From: Ascidiella aspersa
Lineage: Eukaryota
Direction of reading: 5' to 3'
Assembly (NCBI GenBank): GCA_963924565.1
Contig: OZ004608.1
Location: forward strand, 9,858,001-9,922,000
DNA: 64,000 bases
Shown: piece by piece, positions 25,737 to 37,966 of the stretch
How the letters are laid out: every line of letters starts with the position of its first letter
Numbering within the stretch: position 1 is the first letter of the stretch
The notes under the pieces: generated by a model
Seen by the model: the letters and a program-made list of their open reading frames with translations, nothing else
Databases searched by the model: none
What the model was told of the DNA's origin: nothing
Position numbers and translations under genes: made by a program

Positions 25737-27925
25737 TCCTAGACAGTGAACACAAAACAACGCTGTACTTCCGCAATATGTCACGTCGCGTTATTGCAAC
25801 ATCATGCTGATGCTGATGTCACCAACAATAAGAACAATGGAATAATGGACTGAGATCTAGGATTTGCGCAAGCAACTTCATAACTATTCAGACTTCTTTA
25901 CATTGTTATTTCAAACCAGCAGTGAAACCAAGCCGGAACAGTTTTAAAATAATTAATGTCGGTACACCACACTGATAAAAATATGTTATATACCAATTCA
26001 AACCCAAGTAAGAAGGTTTGCTTCTTGTAACTGCTCTATCGCCATCTCCCTCAATGTATTTATACTTATTTCTCAATTGCATCTTAGATTTAGCTTCAGA
26101 CTTTTTTTTACGTCCCATTACGTAGTAACTATGTAAAGTGAATGTTTAAAATTTGTATCAAATTCGGTAAAAAAAATATTCTACTTTCACCCTTGTTTCG
26201 AACTTCGAACATCTTTCATTCAATTTTTTAAAACGTTTAACTCGACAATTTTATCAATATGCAAGTTTATAAACGTTCACAGGTCCTAAAAAAATTTGGC
26301 CGCTTTTCCCAGAAAACTTCCCCCGTTGGTACTGTCACTGTAGCCTAACGAAGAAGTGCAAATTAACCAGACGCTTTTTGGTCAATCAAACCTTCCAATC
26401 AGTCACTAAGATAAAAAGCAAATTATTTTACGTATAAAATAAAATAAGCTAATCATACCATTCTATGTAAAGCACAAACCTCAGTACTGCACTTCAGTGT
26501 AAAGCAGGTCAATGAAAAAATATTCTATTTCGGTGAAAACTATAGCGTAAAACACGGTAAACACTCACGGACGCTTAAAAACTGTCAGGTGTCGAAATAA
26601 AATGCTACACGGCAAAATCAGGGGTGAAAAAAAAACGAGAAAGAAACAGCCTTAGTTACATGGAACGCTAGCAAAAATCGTGTCCGCCAGACGTCCTTGA
26701 TACGTTTTGTTACTCGGAAACTGCAACGTCACCAGAATTCACGGAAATCTGTTGGTTTCTGTTATGTCAAAACGCATATGCCGAGCGTTTGGGTACTTGA
26801 AACACATTCACGTTACTGGAGCTTAAACAATGTACCTTTTATCATTGTCTTTCACGTTATGTGACGCCGTAGCGATATTAAACTGTGCATGACTGGTAAA
26901 GGAATATTGTCGTTCTAAAATTGCACCCAAACATCGGACTTGGATTCTCGCAAAGATCGAAGTTAAATGTCCTTTTCGTTACTTAGCAAGGCGATTGCCA
27001 TATTTGCTAATTGCAAAATGCCGAGCGATGCGCAAAAAATATAATACGGGCGTGCGTACAATATAGGACGCTCGGGTTCGTGCGACAAAAATCCCTCGCA
27101 GAAGGCAAAGTCGACCAGGCGTCTGGCAACATTGAATGCGAACAACCACAAGAGCTAAGAATATCTTCATATATAGCCGCAGCCGAGACCCTGGGCGGCT
27201 TCCTTCGATTGTGCAGCGCACGCTTCAACCCCCCACCGCCGACGGCGCCTCATTTATGGTTTTTGAATTGATCCAGTAAGAAATTTCGGCTTTGTAGACG
27301 CGTGTTCATCACATCAATGAAAATTTGGAACGCACATAATGAGTCTTGGTGTCGATTTACCACACTTGCTTATATGAGTTATAGGTCGTTTAGGTTTAAT
27401 AAAACGTGCAGTTCAAGTGACTGCAAATTCACTATGAATAGGATAAAAATGAACTCGAATAGAATGGGAACTGGTGGATACCCAAAAGGTAATTGAAAAT
27501 ACAGCCCGCGTAAAAATAGTGTTTGAGTGGTGTTGAGTTATAACAGGTTTGGCGAAATATTTTTGTTAAAAAATATACATATATAGAATAGATATATATT
27601 ATAAAATTGAATCGATTTTCGGGTCGGGTAGGAGGCCAAAAAATAGCTGGTGATTATATGATAACTAACATGAGAAAAAAAACAGCGGCCAGAGTACGCA
27701 ACATTTCATATTGAGAAAAATAAATAAAAAAGGGTTAAACACAAATGTGCCGACGCTTTTAATTACTGAGCAAAACAATTTCCGACGTCCTAATTACAAA
27801 CGACGCGAATTTAAGTGAACCAACATTGTGGTCGCGCTTGAATTAAGGCAGCGGAATCGTAGCCACATCTACAGCGCCTTCTAGCGGTAATAAAAATAAA
27901 AAACACACGCTCGAATTTGCGTTTC

Positions 27926-30900
27926 TCAATCGGTGGGTCGCACTTGCAGGGTGATCTTCTGCTGGTTGTCCAGGCAGTCTTTCAACTTGTCTTCAGTCAT
28001 GCTCATCCGTTGCTCGAGAATCGTCATTGTCTGTTGTCACGTCACAATTTGATTAGGGAAACAATTTTGTTTTCAATTGTTTTAATTCTTAACTATGGAG
28101 TTTTCTTGCTTTAAGAACTTGAGTTGTATTTTTTTGCAGTTTTAGTGAAAAACGACCAAACTAAGCAACCTTCTTATCAAAAAATCTCAACAGGGTCAAC
28201 TTATAAGTTTGCCTTTTTTGTTCGGCAAATAGAGGGTTCAACGAATATAGATTTTGTGTTACTGTTGGAAAACATTTTCTGGGAGCACTAAACTGAAAAA
28301 TTAAAACCAAAGGTATCAACCATTGAAATTAAAATATTTAGGACTTTAACAGCATTTTTTTTTTATTCGAAATTTTCTTCTAAGAAAAACAACCTCATTG
28401 AACGCGAAAGGTAAAAAACAACCCTTTTTTAACTTTTTAAACTCGTTTGGCCTTTTCCAGGAAAATTGCTTAGAGCTGGCTGGCGGCTAGACATTGACCG
28501 AGACAGTTTGCTTATTTTATCCTGTAAACAAATTCCGGCGCCGTGCATTACCAATTTAAGGCGTTTTTTGGCGTTTTTGGCGTTCGCGCATTGCCGCAAA
28601 AACATTAGTAGGTCATCGGGCCCGTGAAAAAACGTGAAAGCAGTTCGAGGACCCGTCTAATTTTAAACGCCAGCGATTTCTTAACACAGGTTAAGGCACG
28701 AGCACCGTGCCTGGCGGGTTTATAATTAAACGTGGCGGGAGACGCAAAAAAACTTGGGACAAAGACCAAGCGTTTATCTGTGCGGTTATATTTAGCGATG
28801 CACCAGCGCACTCATTGTTCCGTCTATCTTGTGTAGTGCAAGGCGCGAAAATAGACGCACGGAAAATTAGGTATTATAGGAAGCGCATGTGCGTCGGCGA
28901 AGGTCAATCGCTACACGTGTTTCGCGGTGGTTGTGTTGCAATGCGTGTATTTTCGACTAGGAGAAAAGGTCAGAGCGTTTTAAAGCTATGCGTATGTCGT
29001 GATAAAACGCTGTGGAACACCACGGAAACGCAGTGCTTGAAATATTGCAATATGATGCAACACTCCAAACTTAAATTTGCAAACCGGCCGATTCATGTTA
29101 GTGTCGAGATTAGGTCTTGCCACGTATTACATCTAGATAAATTATACTTGCGAATTTTCAATCGGTAAATGTAATTACTTAATTGTGCGATTGCAACGTA
29201 TTTTGGAAGCACAAGGCGATTTATTGTTCAATTTTGTTTAACAAAAAGCCCGGATTGGCAGTGACCCCAAAAGAGCAAATAAACATATTTAACAACCAGA
29301 ACAGTTTGGCACTAAAACAAAACAATTGCTATCGATCGCTGGCTTCTGTCATATACGATCGTACGGTCCTATTCTTTTTTTTGTATTTTAGTGAAAGTGC
29401 TTTATGACTAAATTTAATTGGGTAAATAATCTATTACTTGCGGTCAAGCGGTCAAAGGTAACCGCGCAGTAAGCACATGTTGCCTTGACATTGCAGCTGT
29501 CGTCCAGTGTTACTACCTTTGTCGTAGATTACTCTAGTTCCAACCTTTTTAATTACTTCTAAGTGCTTGGCAATAATGTTTAACTTACACCGATTGCTGT
29601 TCCTCTTCCAATAACATTGTTTGCTTTCTATTTAATTAAGGTGTGAATCCACTTGAGCCATAGTGTGTTATTAATAAAGGTCAATGATAAGTCTTCAATA
29701 TCGGATCCGGATACACTAGTTTTCTTTAGGATGGAAGTAACAAACCTGTGTGAGCATGTCGAGCTGGCCGACGATCTGTTCCAAGGTGGCGGCCAGCTTG
29801 GGGGGTATTTGGCGTTCCTCGAGGGGTGCGGTCACGCTGGTTCCGAACCGGGACAGGTCGGGGTCGCTGGCGGCGCGCTGGGGCTCGCGGAGCCTGGTGG
29901 GTGACTCGAAGTGGGGCTGGGGGTGTGGGTGTGGCTGGGGCGAGTGAGGGGCGTGGCGCGAGTGATCTGCCAGGCTTCTGCGGGCGCGACTTGCCTGGTC
30001 TGCCGAAGTCAGGTGAAGCTCCTCCAATCCACCCTGTATGTGAAAATGCCATTATTTTTCTGGTTGTGAAAATGTGTGCTAAAGGGTCTTTAAGTCGTTT
30101 TTAAGTTTAAGTATAATATATACTTTTCCTAGATTGGTTACTCAGATAAAAGGTCTTTAAATTTTGTTTACCGCTTTAGAAGATTGGGTGCAATATTATG
30201 TTTAGGTATATATACTTATTCATTTATTTAGATTGGGGACGATTTTAAGTTTTATAAATTTGTTTATCCATTATCTTTCGTTCAAATTTTTGTTTATATA
30301 TTTATTTTTTTATTGGGGCAATATTTAGTGGGATAAGGGAGATCCGAAAGCGACTTGTCCTAATAACAAGGCCAAACGCGTTCTCTTGATATGAATTTAT
30401 TTGGTTCTGTTATCGAATGTTTTGTATATGGGGGCTTAGGGGGTAACCTTAATTTTCTAATGTTGGTTTAGGCTCAAGGCTGCATTAGAGAGATTTTAGG
30501 CCCCATTCAACAGCAAGAGCGGCAAGCGATATAAACAATTTCTATGCTACATGCGAAAAAATGATCATATTTTGAAAGTTCACTCCGATTATTTTAAAAT
30601 TACAATAAATTTGGTCGATGCAGCAATGGCTAAACACTTAAACAGTCACAAAAATTCAAGCCTACGCCTGTCAAATTGTCTGCATTCCGAGGCAAGTTGT
30701 AGATTGACGGCATATACAGCTTCACAAGGTTAATAGGTAACTCAAAACATTCGGGACACATTCAACGTGTAAAAGTATAATTATTTATCGAGTGGTCAAT
30801 TTACTCACAGCAGGTTCGGAGAACATCGCCGGACCGACGTCCATGACGTCAATGTTCGAAGTGGCCCGGATGTTGCGCGGTTCAGAGGGCAAGGTCATCG

Positions 30901-33900
30901 ACTTTCTAGCCGGGGACGTCTTGGTTCGGTCGGCGGCGTTCGGCTTCAGTCCCTGGTTGCCAGGGAAACCGCCGTTGCACTGCGCATCGTTGGTGCGCAG
31001 GGTTGGTCGCGAATGTAGCGACTTTGTGACGTCGACGCTGTCGAAGTTTGTCTTCCAAACAATGACCTTCAAAAAGGTTTAAATGTCAGCGGTTATTAAA
31101 TGGTTTACTGAAATCTGCTTTCGGATTCTAAATTTTAGACAAACGGGAGTAAAAATACTAGATATTTATTGAAGTATCAGAAACCGATATATTAGGGATG
31201 GTATGCATCACAAAAGTTATTTCCGATTGTAATAAGTTTGGTAGAAAACAATCAAGTTTTTATCTGGTGGACTTTAACCAGGAAATAATAGTTTAAGATT
31301 CGCCGGCTTCGATTTTCTCCTTAAATATCGTAATAAATTACCAATTATCGACTGGGGTCTGGGACATGTCTATTAATAAATAAAACAATGCCATGTTGAA
31401 GCCGATGCCTGATTAGTGATTACCATTAGTTGTTCGTGTCATACGAAGATCCTAACCTCACGTAGACTTTTTTTAATTTGCAAAACAAAATAGAAGATTT
31501 TATCTTTAGCATTTGCTAACATTTTCTTGTAGTATGAAACATGACACATGAAAACTACTAAATGTGTCAATCTATGTTTTTGTTTCTTATTTGCCACTGG
31601 TTGCACATTATTGGCTTAAATATCTCTTTTCAAAAGTTTATGCATTTAACTTACCTGCTCATCAGAACCACCAGACGCGAAGTATTCGCCATTTCTTGAA
31701 AACGCTGTAGCGGTTACCGGTTCCTAGAAACGGAACATTTAGCACAGGTTTAAACAACGTTAACTAGAATAGCACGGATGTAAATTAAACCCACAGTAGG
31801 TTGTTACATTGGTAAAACTCTAGTTAGAAAGTCACCTGGTGTCCATGAAGTGTGAAAAACAGGCGACCTTCAAGAAGGTCAAGTACTTTCAGCGTGCAGT
31901 CGTTTGATGCGGTAAGTAGATAATTTCCGTTCGGATGGAAAGACACTTGGTTCACAGGACCACTATGAACTAATTAAAACAGTGGTTGATTAACATAATC
32001 ACATGGAAAAAAACTTTCATTTCTGTTTTAAAGAAAAAGCAGAGTTTTTTTCAAAGGGATCTTTGAAAAATAAAATTGCAAAATTTTTACATGTCATTTT
32101 AAGAGTGCCAGTCCCTTAGTTTAAATCTACTATACTGGACTAAAAATAGGACACTGACTAAAATAATTGTTTACATATAAAGAATGCAGTAGTTATTTAG
32201 AAAGCTTTGGAATCTTTAATACTAAAAATACTCCTGCTGGCATAACAGCAAAAGTGTCAATACACTTGAAGTTAACAAATGAAAACATACAATAACTACA
32301 AAAGCAACAATGATGGTACTTATTTTACCTTGATAGTGCTGTAGAAGTTTATTGGTTCTAATGTCCCAGATCTTGCAAGTTGCATCGGTGCCCGCAGCAG
32401 CAATACATGTTCCACTTGGATGGAATGCAACATTATTCACAAAGCCTCCATGTTGAAAGAAAGTATGAATGCACTCTTTGCTGTTCCTGTAAAATAGGTG
32501 TCACTATAGGTCATATTTCTGAGAATAAAGTTATTTTTTATCATGATGATAAACAAAACCTTGGTATGTTGCAAAGAATATGACTGAAGGCCATATTAAA
32601 TCAAATTACAGTTAACCTTGGTCTGTCATAGGATTTTTTTTTATTTTTAATAAGAACAAAAATAGTGACATTATTACTAAACTATGTGTCAAATGTAAAT
32701 ACAATGATTAGTTTGTTTCTTCTAAATAAAAGTTTTTTCTTTCATAGTACCTGTCCCATAGCTTTACTGTCTTATCATCACTACCAGAAACAATCAGTCG
32801 ATTGTCAGGTGAAAATCTGTCAAACATTAAGCACACTTTTTGAACAAATGTTGAATTTGGTAGTTTTATTTATATTATTTTTATGTTATCTTAGTTTAAA
32901 TGTAATTAATAGGTCAGGTATTTTAGCATACACAAACTTCTAAAAATGTATTGGTATAAAAAGGTTTACACTTGTTTATATAAAAAACACTGTGCTAAAT
33001 ATATTACAACATTAAAACATATCATTGGTTTGACATTAAGGCTAATAGCTATGACATACTTTGCACAGCGGACCCAATTCATGTGTTGGGTAAGAGAAAA
33101 TTGGAACTTCTGTCGGTGAACTGACCACATTTTAATGGTTTTGTCATCAGAACAGGTAAGGAGGTTAAGGCCATCACTTGAAAAGTCAATATTTCGAACG
33201 GTGGCGGTATGAGCTTTGAATACAGTTGATTCCCCTTTCCTAAAAGTTTTTAATTAATAATTACAATATAGTAAACTTGAAATAAGGATAAAGTTGTATC
33301 ATTTGAAATACAAAACTTGCATCTTCTAATTTAAGTTTAGTACATAAGACAAGCTTTAGATAGTTAACTTCAATTAGACATTGTTAAAGTTTAATTATAT
33401 ACATGTTTACATTTCAGCAGACAGCGTCATGAAAAAGGTCATGACAATTCAAGATGTTTATAACGAAGGTTATCTAAAGTTTTAATCAGAAAAGTGTAAC
33501 AATTAAACACTAAAAACAAAATGATAGAATAAGTAAAATGACTTATTGGACCCTAAAATTTTTAATTAAAATACACAATGCCATGTAATTATTAACGGAC
33601 ACAGGCTGGTTTGAGGCAAAAGTAAGATAATTTAATAGTTATCAAAATTAGATTATTCCCCTATAAAAATACAGCACTTACACGCTTGGAATCCATAACC
33701 TTACTGTCTTGTCCCTTGAAGCTGACGCTACAAGATGTCCAGATGGAGAAAATTGAACCGATAAAATTGCATCCTTTTATAAAACAGAGTTAAAGTAAGT
33801 TTTTTCAATTGGTGTAAAAGTAATTTACCAATCTTACCTTATGCCCAACAAATCGATATGATCGCATATTTGGTTTAAAATTCCAAATCATCAAGCAGGA

Positions 33901-34574
33901 ATCCATTGAACCAGTAGCTGTGAAACATTACACATTTAAAAAAAGTCTAGTGTATTACATTTTTCTTCACATTTTTTGTAGTAACTTGCTATAATAGCCA
34001 AAAAATAATAGAAAACAATACAGAGTTTTAACAAAACATGGGCTGGCAAAGAAAATTGAAATGCTTATGTGACACACATGTGTTGTTAACGGTTTCAAGT
34101 TAAACAAACTATGAATTCACTATTATAAAATACTCAAAAAGTCATTTTTACCTAATTGCTTCATGTTAGGATTAAAGTCACAGCTTGTGACAGTGTCCCT
34201 GTGTCCTTTGAATTGTCTTTCCAAAGTGGGATCCTCCTTTAAACAAGAATATTATGCATTACTTTATCTATTTATAAACATCAAACATTACATAAAATAC
34301 AATTTAATTAAACAGCTAATATTTTAGCCAATACAACTTTAAATAGCAAAAAAGACATTTTCCATGCACAATTTAAACTCAAACTACAGATCTCGAACGT
34401 TTTTAGCTGTTAAATGTGACATTCTTAGTTTTATTGCGGTAATTTTAATGTGTGAGACATCTATCTAGTATATATTACCCAAACTTTGGGCGTAAATTCG
34501 TATCTATAAAATTAACGTTATTCTGCAATTAAAACATTAAACCAATCGTAACAACTTACCATTAGAGCTGACAT
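27926..34574 (-). CDS. POC1: POC1 centriolar protein (WDR51); 12 exons, ~509 aa
   Basis: Exons 34574-34560, 34236-34152, 33917-33838, 33773-33682, 33239-33060, 32816-32751, 32486-32329, 31969-31836, 31723-31655, 31066-30809, 30033-29746 and 28030-27926 total 1530 nt in frame. It begins MSALM|[14 protein letters not shown], has seven WD40 repeats, and ends in the Poc1 coiled coil [13 protein letters not shown]|[24 protein letters not shown]. Confidence 0.96.
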
Positions 34575-34742
34575 TTTTATAAAAGTTGCACAAAATAACT
34601 GCTGTTTTTATGTGACTTCACTGTCGTTAAGAGAAACCTAAATTGAACCCGGTAAAGTACGAACTATTAACCTCTCAGTTAAAACGAGTTTCAAAACAAC
34701 GTTCGTTACCCGCGTTTGCAAAAACAACCTTGGCTCTCTGGC

Positions 34743-34756
34743 GTTTGCGTGGCAAC
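34743..34756 (-). promoter_or_regulatory. Candidate RFX X-box in the POC1/BCH bidirectional promoter
   Basis: GTTGCCACGCAAAC on the - strand, ~170 nt upstream of the POC1 ATG, 2 mismatches from GTTGCCATGGAAAC. Confidence 0.5.
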
Positions 34757-35329
34757 GTCTAAAATAAGTTTCTCGTCACCCCAGCGTAAATTAATATAAG
34801 GGAGTGATAACGAATCTCCTTCTTGCCATTAAAAATGTTTTACAAGCTGTAGTCTGTTCGCGTATGATAACATAACAAATTACTGTAATCTTCTCCGAAA
34901 TTGTGCGACTAACTTAATTGAAAAGAGATTGTAATTTGGGAAAGTAACCGCACAATGGAGTTGTATTGTGATTAGCAGATTAACGTCTTTTCACAGAAAA
35001 GGCTTAGTACGTGTTGTCGGTCGTCACTGGTTATTCAACGTTTCGGGCCAAAGAGACGCTTATTAAGGCGGAAGGCAGTGAGTAAACAACTGATATGTTC
35101 AATATTATTGCTGCAAAACGTATGTATTAAACGTATCGATCGAGAATAAAAAAGCAGTTCAACAAAAGGATGGTGAATATACCATTGTTTGTTTACTGCA
35201 AATTGTTTCTTGATTTATGAAATTTTATAAGCAGTAAGATAACCAAATCACGTTATTTTAGGTTAGCATTTTTCAATATATTAATTTATATGTTGTTGTT
35301 GCAGATAATACTTGTTATGGACTGAACTG

Positions 35330-36421
35330 ATGTTACAAAATATGGCATCAGAAACACCACCACTGCATGAAGACAGTCCTGTACACCCAGACAGCTTTGG
35401 CCGAAACTCCAGTTCTAACAGCACCCCCCGAACTCGACTCAGCAACACATCAGGCGAAATCACATTCGAGGGAAATTGGGAGGAGGATGATTTGGTGGCA
35501 CTGTCCGGTGTTGCCGGCCAAAGTTTTCACAAGATTCACACTGGCTCAAGAAGCAACAATTCTGCCGGTTATGACCAAGCTTACCGTCGGAAGTTGAAAG
35601 TTGATCGAGAGGAAAATTATCCTGACGATCTTGATTTGTCCGGGTCAGATTTGGACGGCATTATGACCCCGGAGGAACTGTTGACACCTGATGACATGGA
35701 TTCCTTCGTTGATTCGCCACAGCACAATTCTGGCATTGATTTGGAATGGGATAATGACACTCCAATTGTGAAACCAGTTGACAATACTGAGCCTGTTCCT
35801 GTCACAATTCATGGTTCTATGTGGAGGACTGTTGTAGTTGGGGACAACAATTACAAACTCGACTTAGCCGCAGTCAACCCATACCGACAAGTTTTATCGC
35901 ATGGGGGTTATTATGGTGAAGGATTGAATGCTATTGTTGTGTTCTCGGCTTGTTATTTACCGGATTCTGAAGAGAAAGAATACAGATATATTATGGACAA
36001 CTTGTTTTTGTACGTGGTCAGCACTTTGGAACTGTTAGTGGCTGAAGACTACATGATTGTGTTTTTTAACGGTGGCTGTCGCCGCCGAAACCTCCCACCT
36101 CTTAAGTGGTTAAAGAAGTGTTACCAAATGATTCACAGACGCTTGCGGAAAAACCTGAAGGAGCTAGTCGTAGTGCACCCCTCGTGGTACATTAGACTGC
36201 TGCTTGGCTTCTTCCGACCATTCATTAGTTCGAAATTCAGCAAAAAGCTGAAACTAGTTCGGAATTTGCATGAGCTTGCAGACGTTGTCCCAATTGAGAG
36301 TGTCACAGTGCCCGATGCTGTTCAGTTGTTTGACATGAAACTCCACAAGTTGCAAAAGGACAAAACGACAAATAGTGACTTGTCTGGTACCAGTGGCTCA
36401 TCCTCAGCTTCAGAAAGATAA
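35330..36421 (+). CDS. BNIP2/caytaxin (ATCAY)/PRUNE2-family BCH (CRAL-TRIO-like) protein; intronless CDS, ~363 aa
   Basis: Single ORF with first in-frame ATG at 35330 (alternative 35342). Contains LTPDD and the W-acidic motif DLEWDNDTP, then BCH motifs PYRQVLSHGGYYGEGLNAIVVFSACYLP and YQMIHRRLRKNLKELVVVHPSWYIR..RPFISSKFSKKL. Probable 5'UTR intron 35078-35304 (GTGAGT...TTGCAG). Confidence 0.93.
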   Translation: MLQNMASETPPLHEDSPVHPDSFGRNSSSNSTPRTRLSNTSGEITFEGNWEEDDLVALSGVAGQSFHKIHTGSRSNNSAGYDQAYRRKLKVDREENYPDDLDLSGSDLDGIMTPEELLTPDDMDSFVDSPQHNSGIDLEWDNDTPIVKPVDNTEPVPVTIHGSMWRTVVVGDNNYKLDLAAVNPYRQVLSHGGYYGEGLNAIVVFSACYLPDSEEKEYRYIMDNLFLYVVSTLELLVAEDYMIVFFNGGCRRRNLPPLKWLKKCYQMIHRRLRKNLKELVVVHPSWYIRLLLGFFRPFISSKFSKKLKLVRNLHELADVVPIESVTVPDAVQLFDMKLHKLQKDKTTNSDLSGTSGSSSASER

Positions 36422-36759
36422 TATCAAATGACCAGCACTGTGGCCTGTACAGATGCAACGCTTGATCAGCCGTACTATTTTAAGTGTATTGTCTTCATGT
36501 TCCATTTGTAGGTGGAGTTTTATTTCCAGTGTTATTTTGTTCTGCTTGCTTTCACTTTACTTGTCGCTGTAGTGTCGTTATACACAATATCAAATGAAAC
36601 ACAAATCTTCAAGCACACCTTGCACAAGTTTTAGGCTGGACAGACAAACACCACTCAACATTCCAACAACTATATATATTTATTTCATGTTTTAGCTAAT
36701 TTATTTTGTTACATCACCAACTGCCAATACTCATTAGTACACATTAAACCACCTATATA

Positions 36760-36955
36760 CCGAGTGGGCCAAAAGTGGGCTTACAGTTATAAAAAGTAGG
36801 GTTTGGGTCTAAAAGTAAATCTATTGTTTTGTAGTTCTTCTCATACATTCTTTACAGCACCCCCAAAAAAGAAATCCATTGGTGTCAGGTCAGGTGAGCG
36901 TGGTGGTAAATTCAATGCTACCTCTTCTTTCTCTTCCAACTTTTGGCCCACGCTG
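36760..36955. mobile_element. Tc1/mariner-derived MITE in the probable BCH gene 3'UTR
   Basis: TA|CCGAGTGGGCCAAAAGT ... ACTTTTGGCCCACGCTG|TA. The - strand encodes LPPRSPDLTPMDFFFGGAVKNV. Same family as 17308-17520. Confidence 0.88.
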
Positions 36956-37966
36956 TATATATACATACAACTTATTGTTTTATGAATGTTCTTGTTTTTC
37001 TTTTCTTGTAACATGGCAATACTTTTTTTTGTAATCTGATAAATGACCAGAAACAAATATGTTTAATAAACATATCATTTTTTTTAACAAAACTAATCTA
37101 TCTGGGTTGTTTGGAGAACAATACCATGAAGTCAAACTACTATAACTGCTCTGACGTTGCACTGTATGTTTACCACACATATCTTGTTTTGGAATGCATT
37201 GTATTTATACACAAGCAATTCAGCACAAGTGAGATTTATTTCAATTTAGTATTCACTGTTACCTTTTGCTTCCCGTGTACTTGTAGTTAGCCTTATAACA
37301 AATTAGAATTTTAATAAAAAAAAAGTATGTAAAAAGACTTGTATTTAAATAAAATGCTTAGAAGACGTATTTTGTCAATTAGAAGTTCTGCTCGAGTTGT
37401 ACAAATGTATTATTTAGATATGCACACAACACAATAAAGAAAAAAACCCAAACACCACACACTGTGATAAAGTTAAAATACAACTTCGCCATTTAAAATT
37501 CTTCCACCAGGAATTTTTGCTTAATGTTGCTAATTGAAGAAAATAATAAAAGTTTTGTTACATGAGTAAAACAACGGTCCTATAAAATTAGTCAAAACAC
37601 TAAACTAAATTTAAAATTAAAATAATGATTTTAGTTACTAGGACAGTAGCGTGTTTTATTAAATTCTTTGAGAGAAACATTTACTTAAATTAAAGTGTTG
37701 AAATACGATTGTTATTACTAACTGGCAAAGTAAATTGGCTCTTGTTAATAAAAAGCCCCCCAAAAAGAAGTTTTGGTATAACTAGTGCAAGTTGTGCCAT
37801 AGCAGTCAAACGTAACATTACAAGAAAATTAGTTTTTGGCTGAGGAGAGATCTTTTAGACCTCCCTGGTGCCCTAAACAAATAATTACAGGTTCTAACTC
37901 AAATATGGAGCAAAGCAAAAGTGATAAACAATAAGAGTTTAGTAAGTTCTTTATGTTGAAAGAGCC

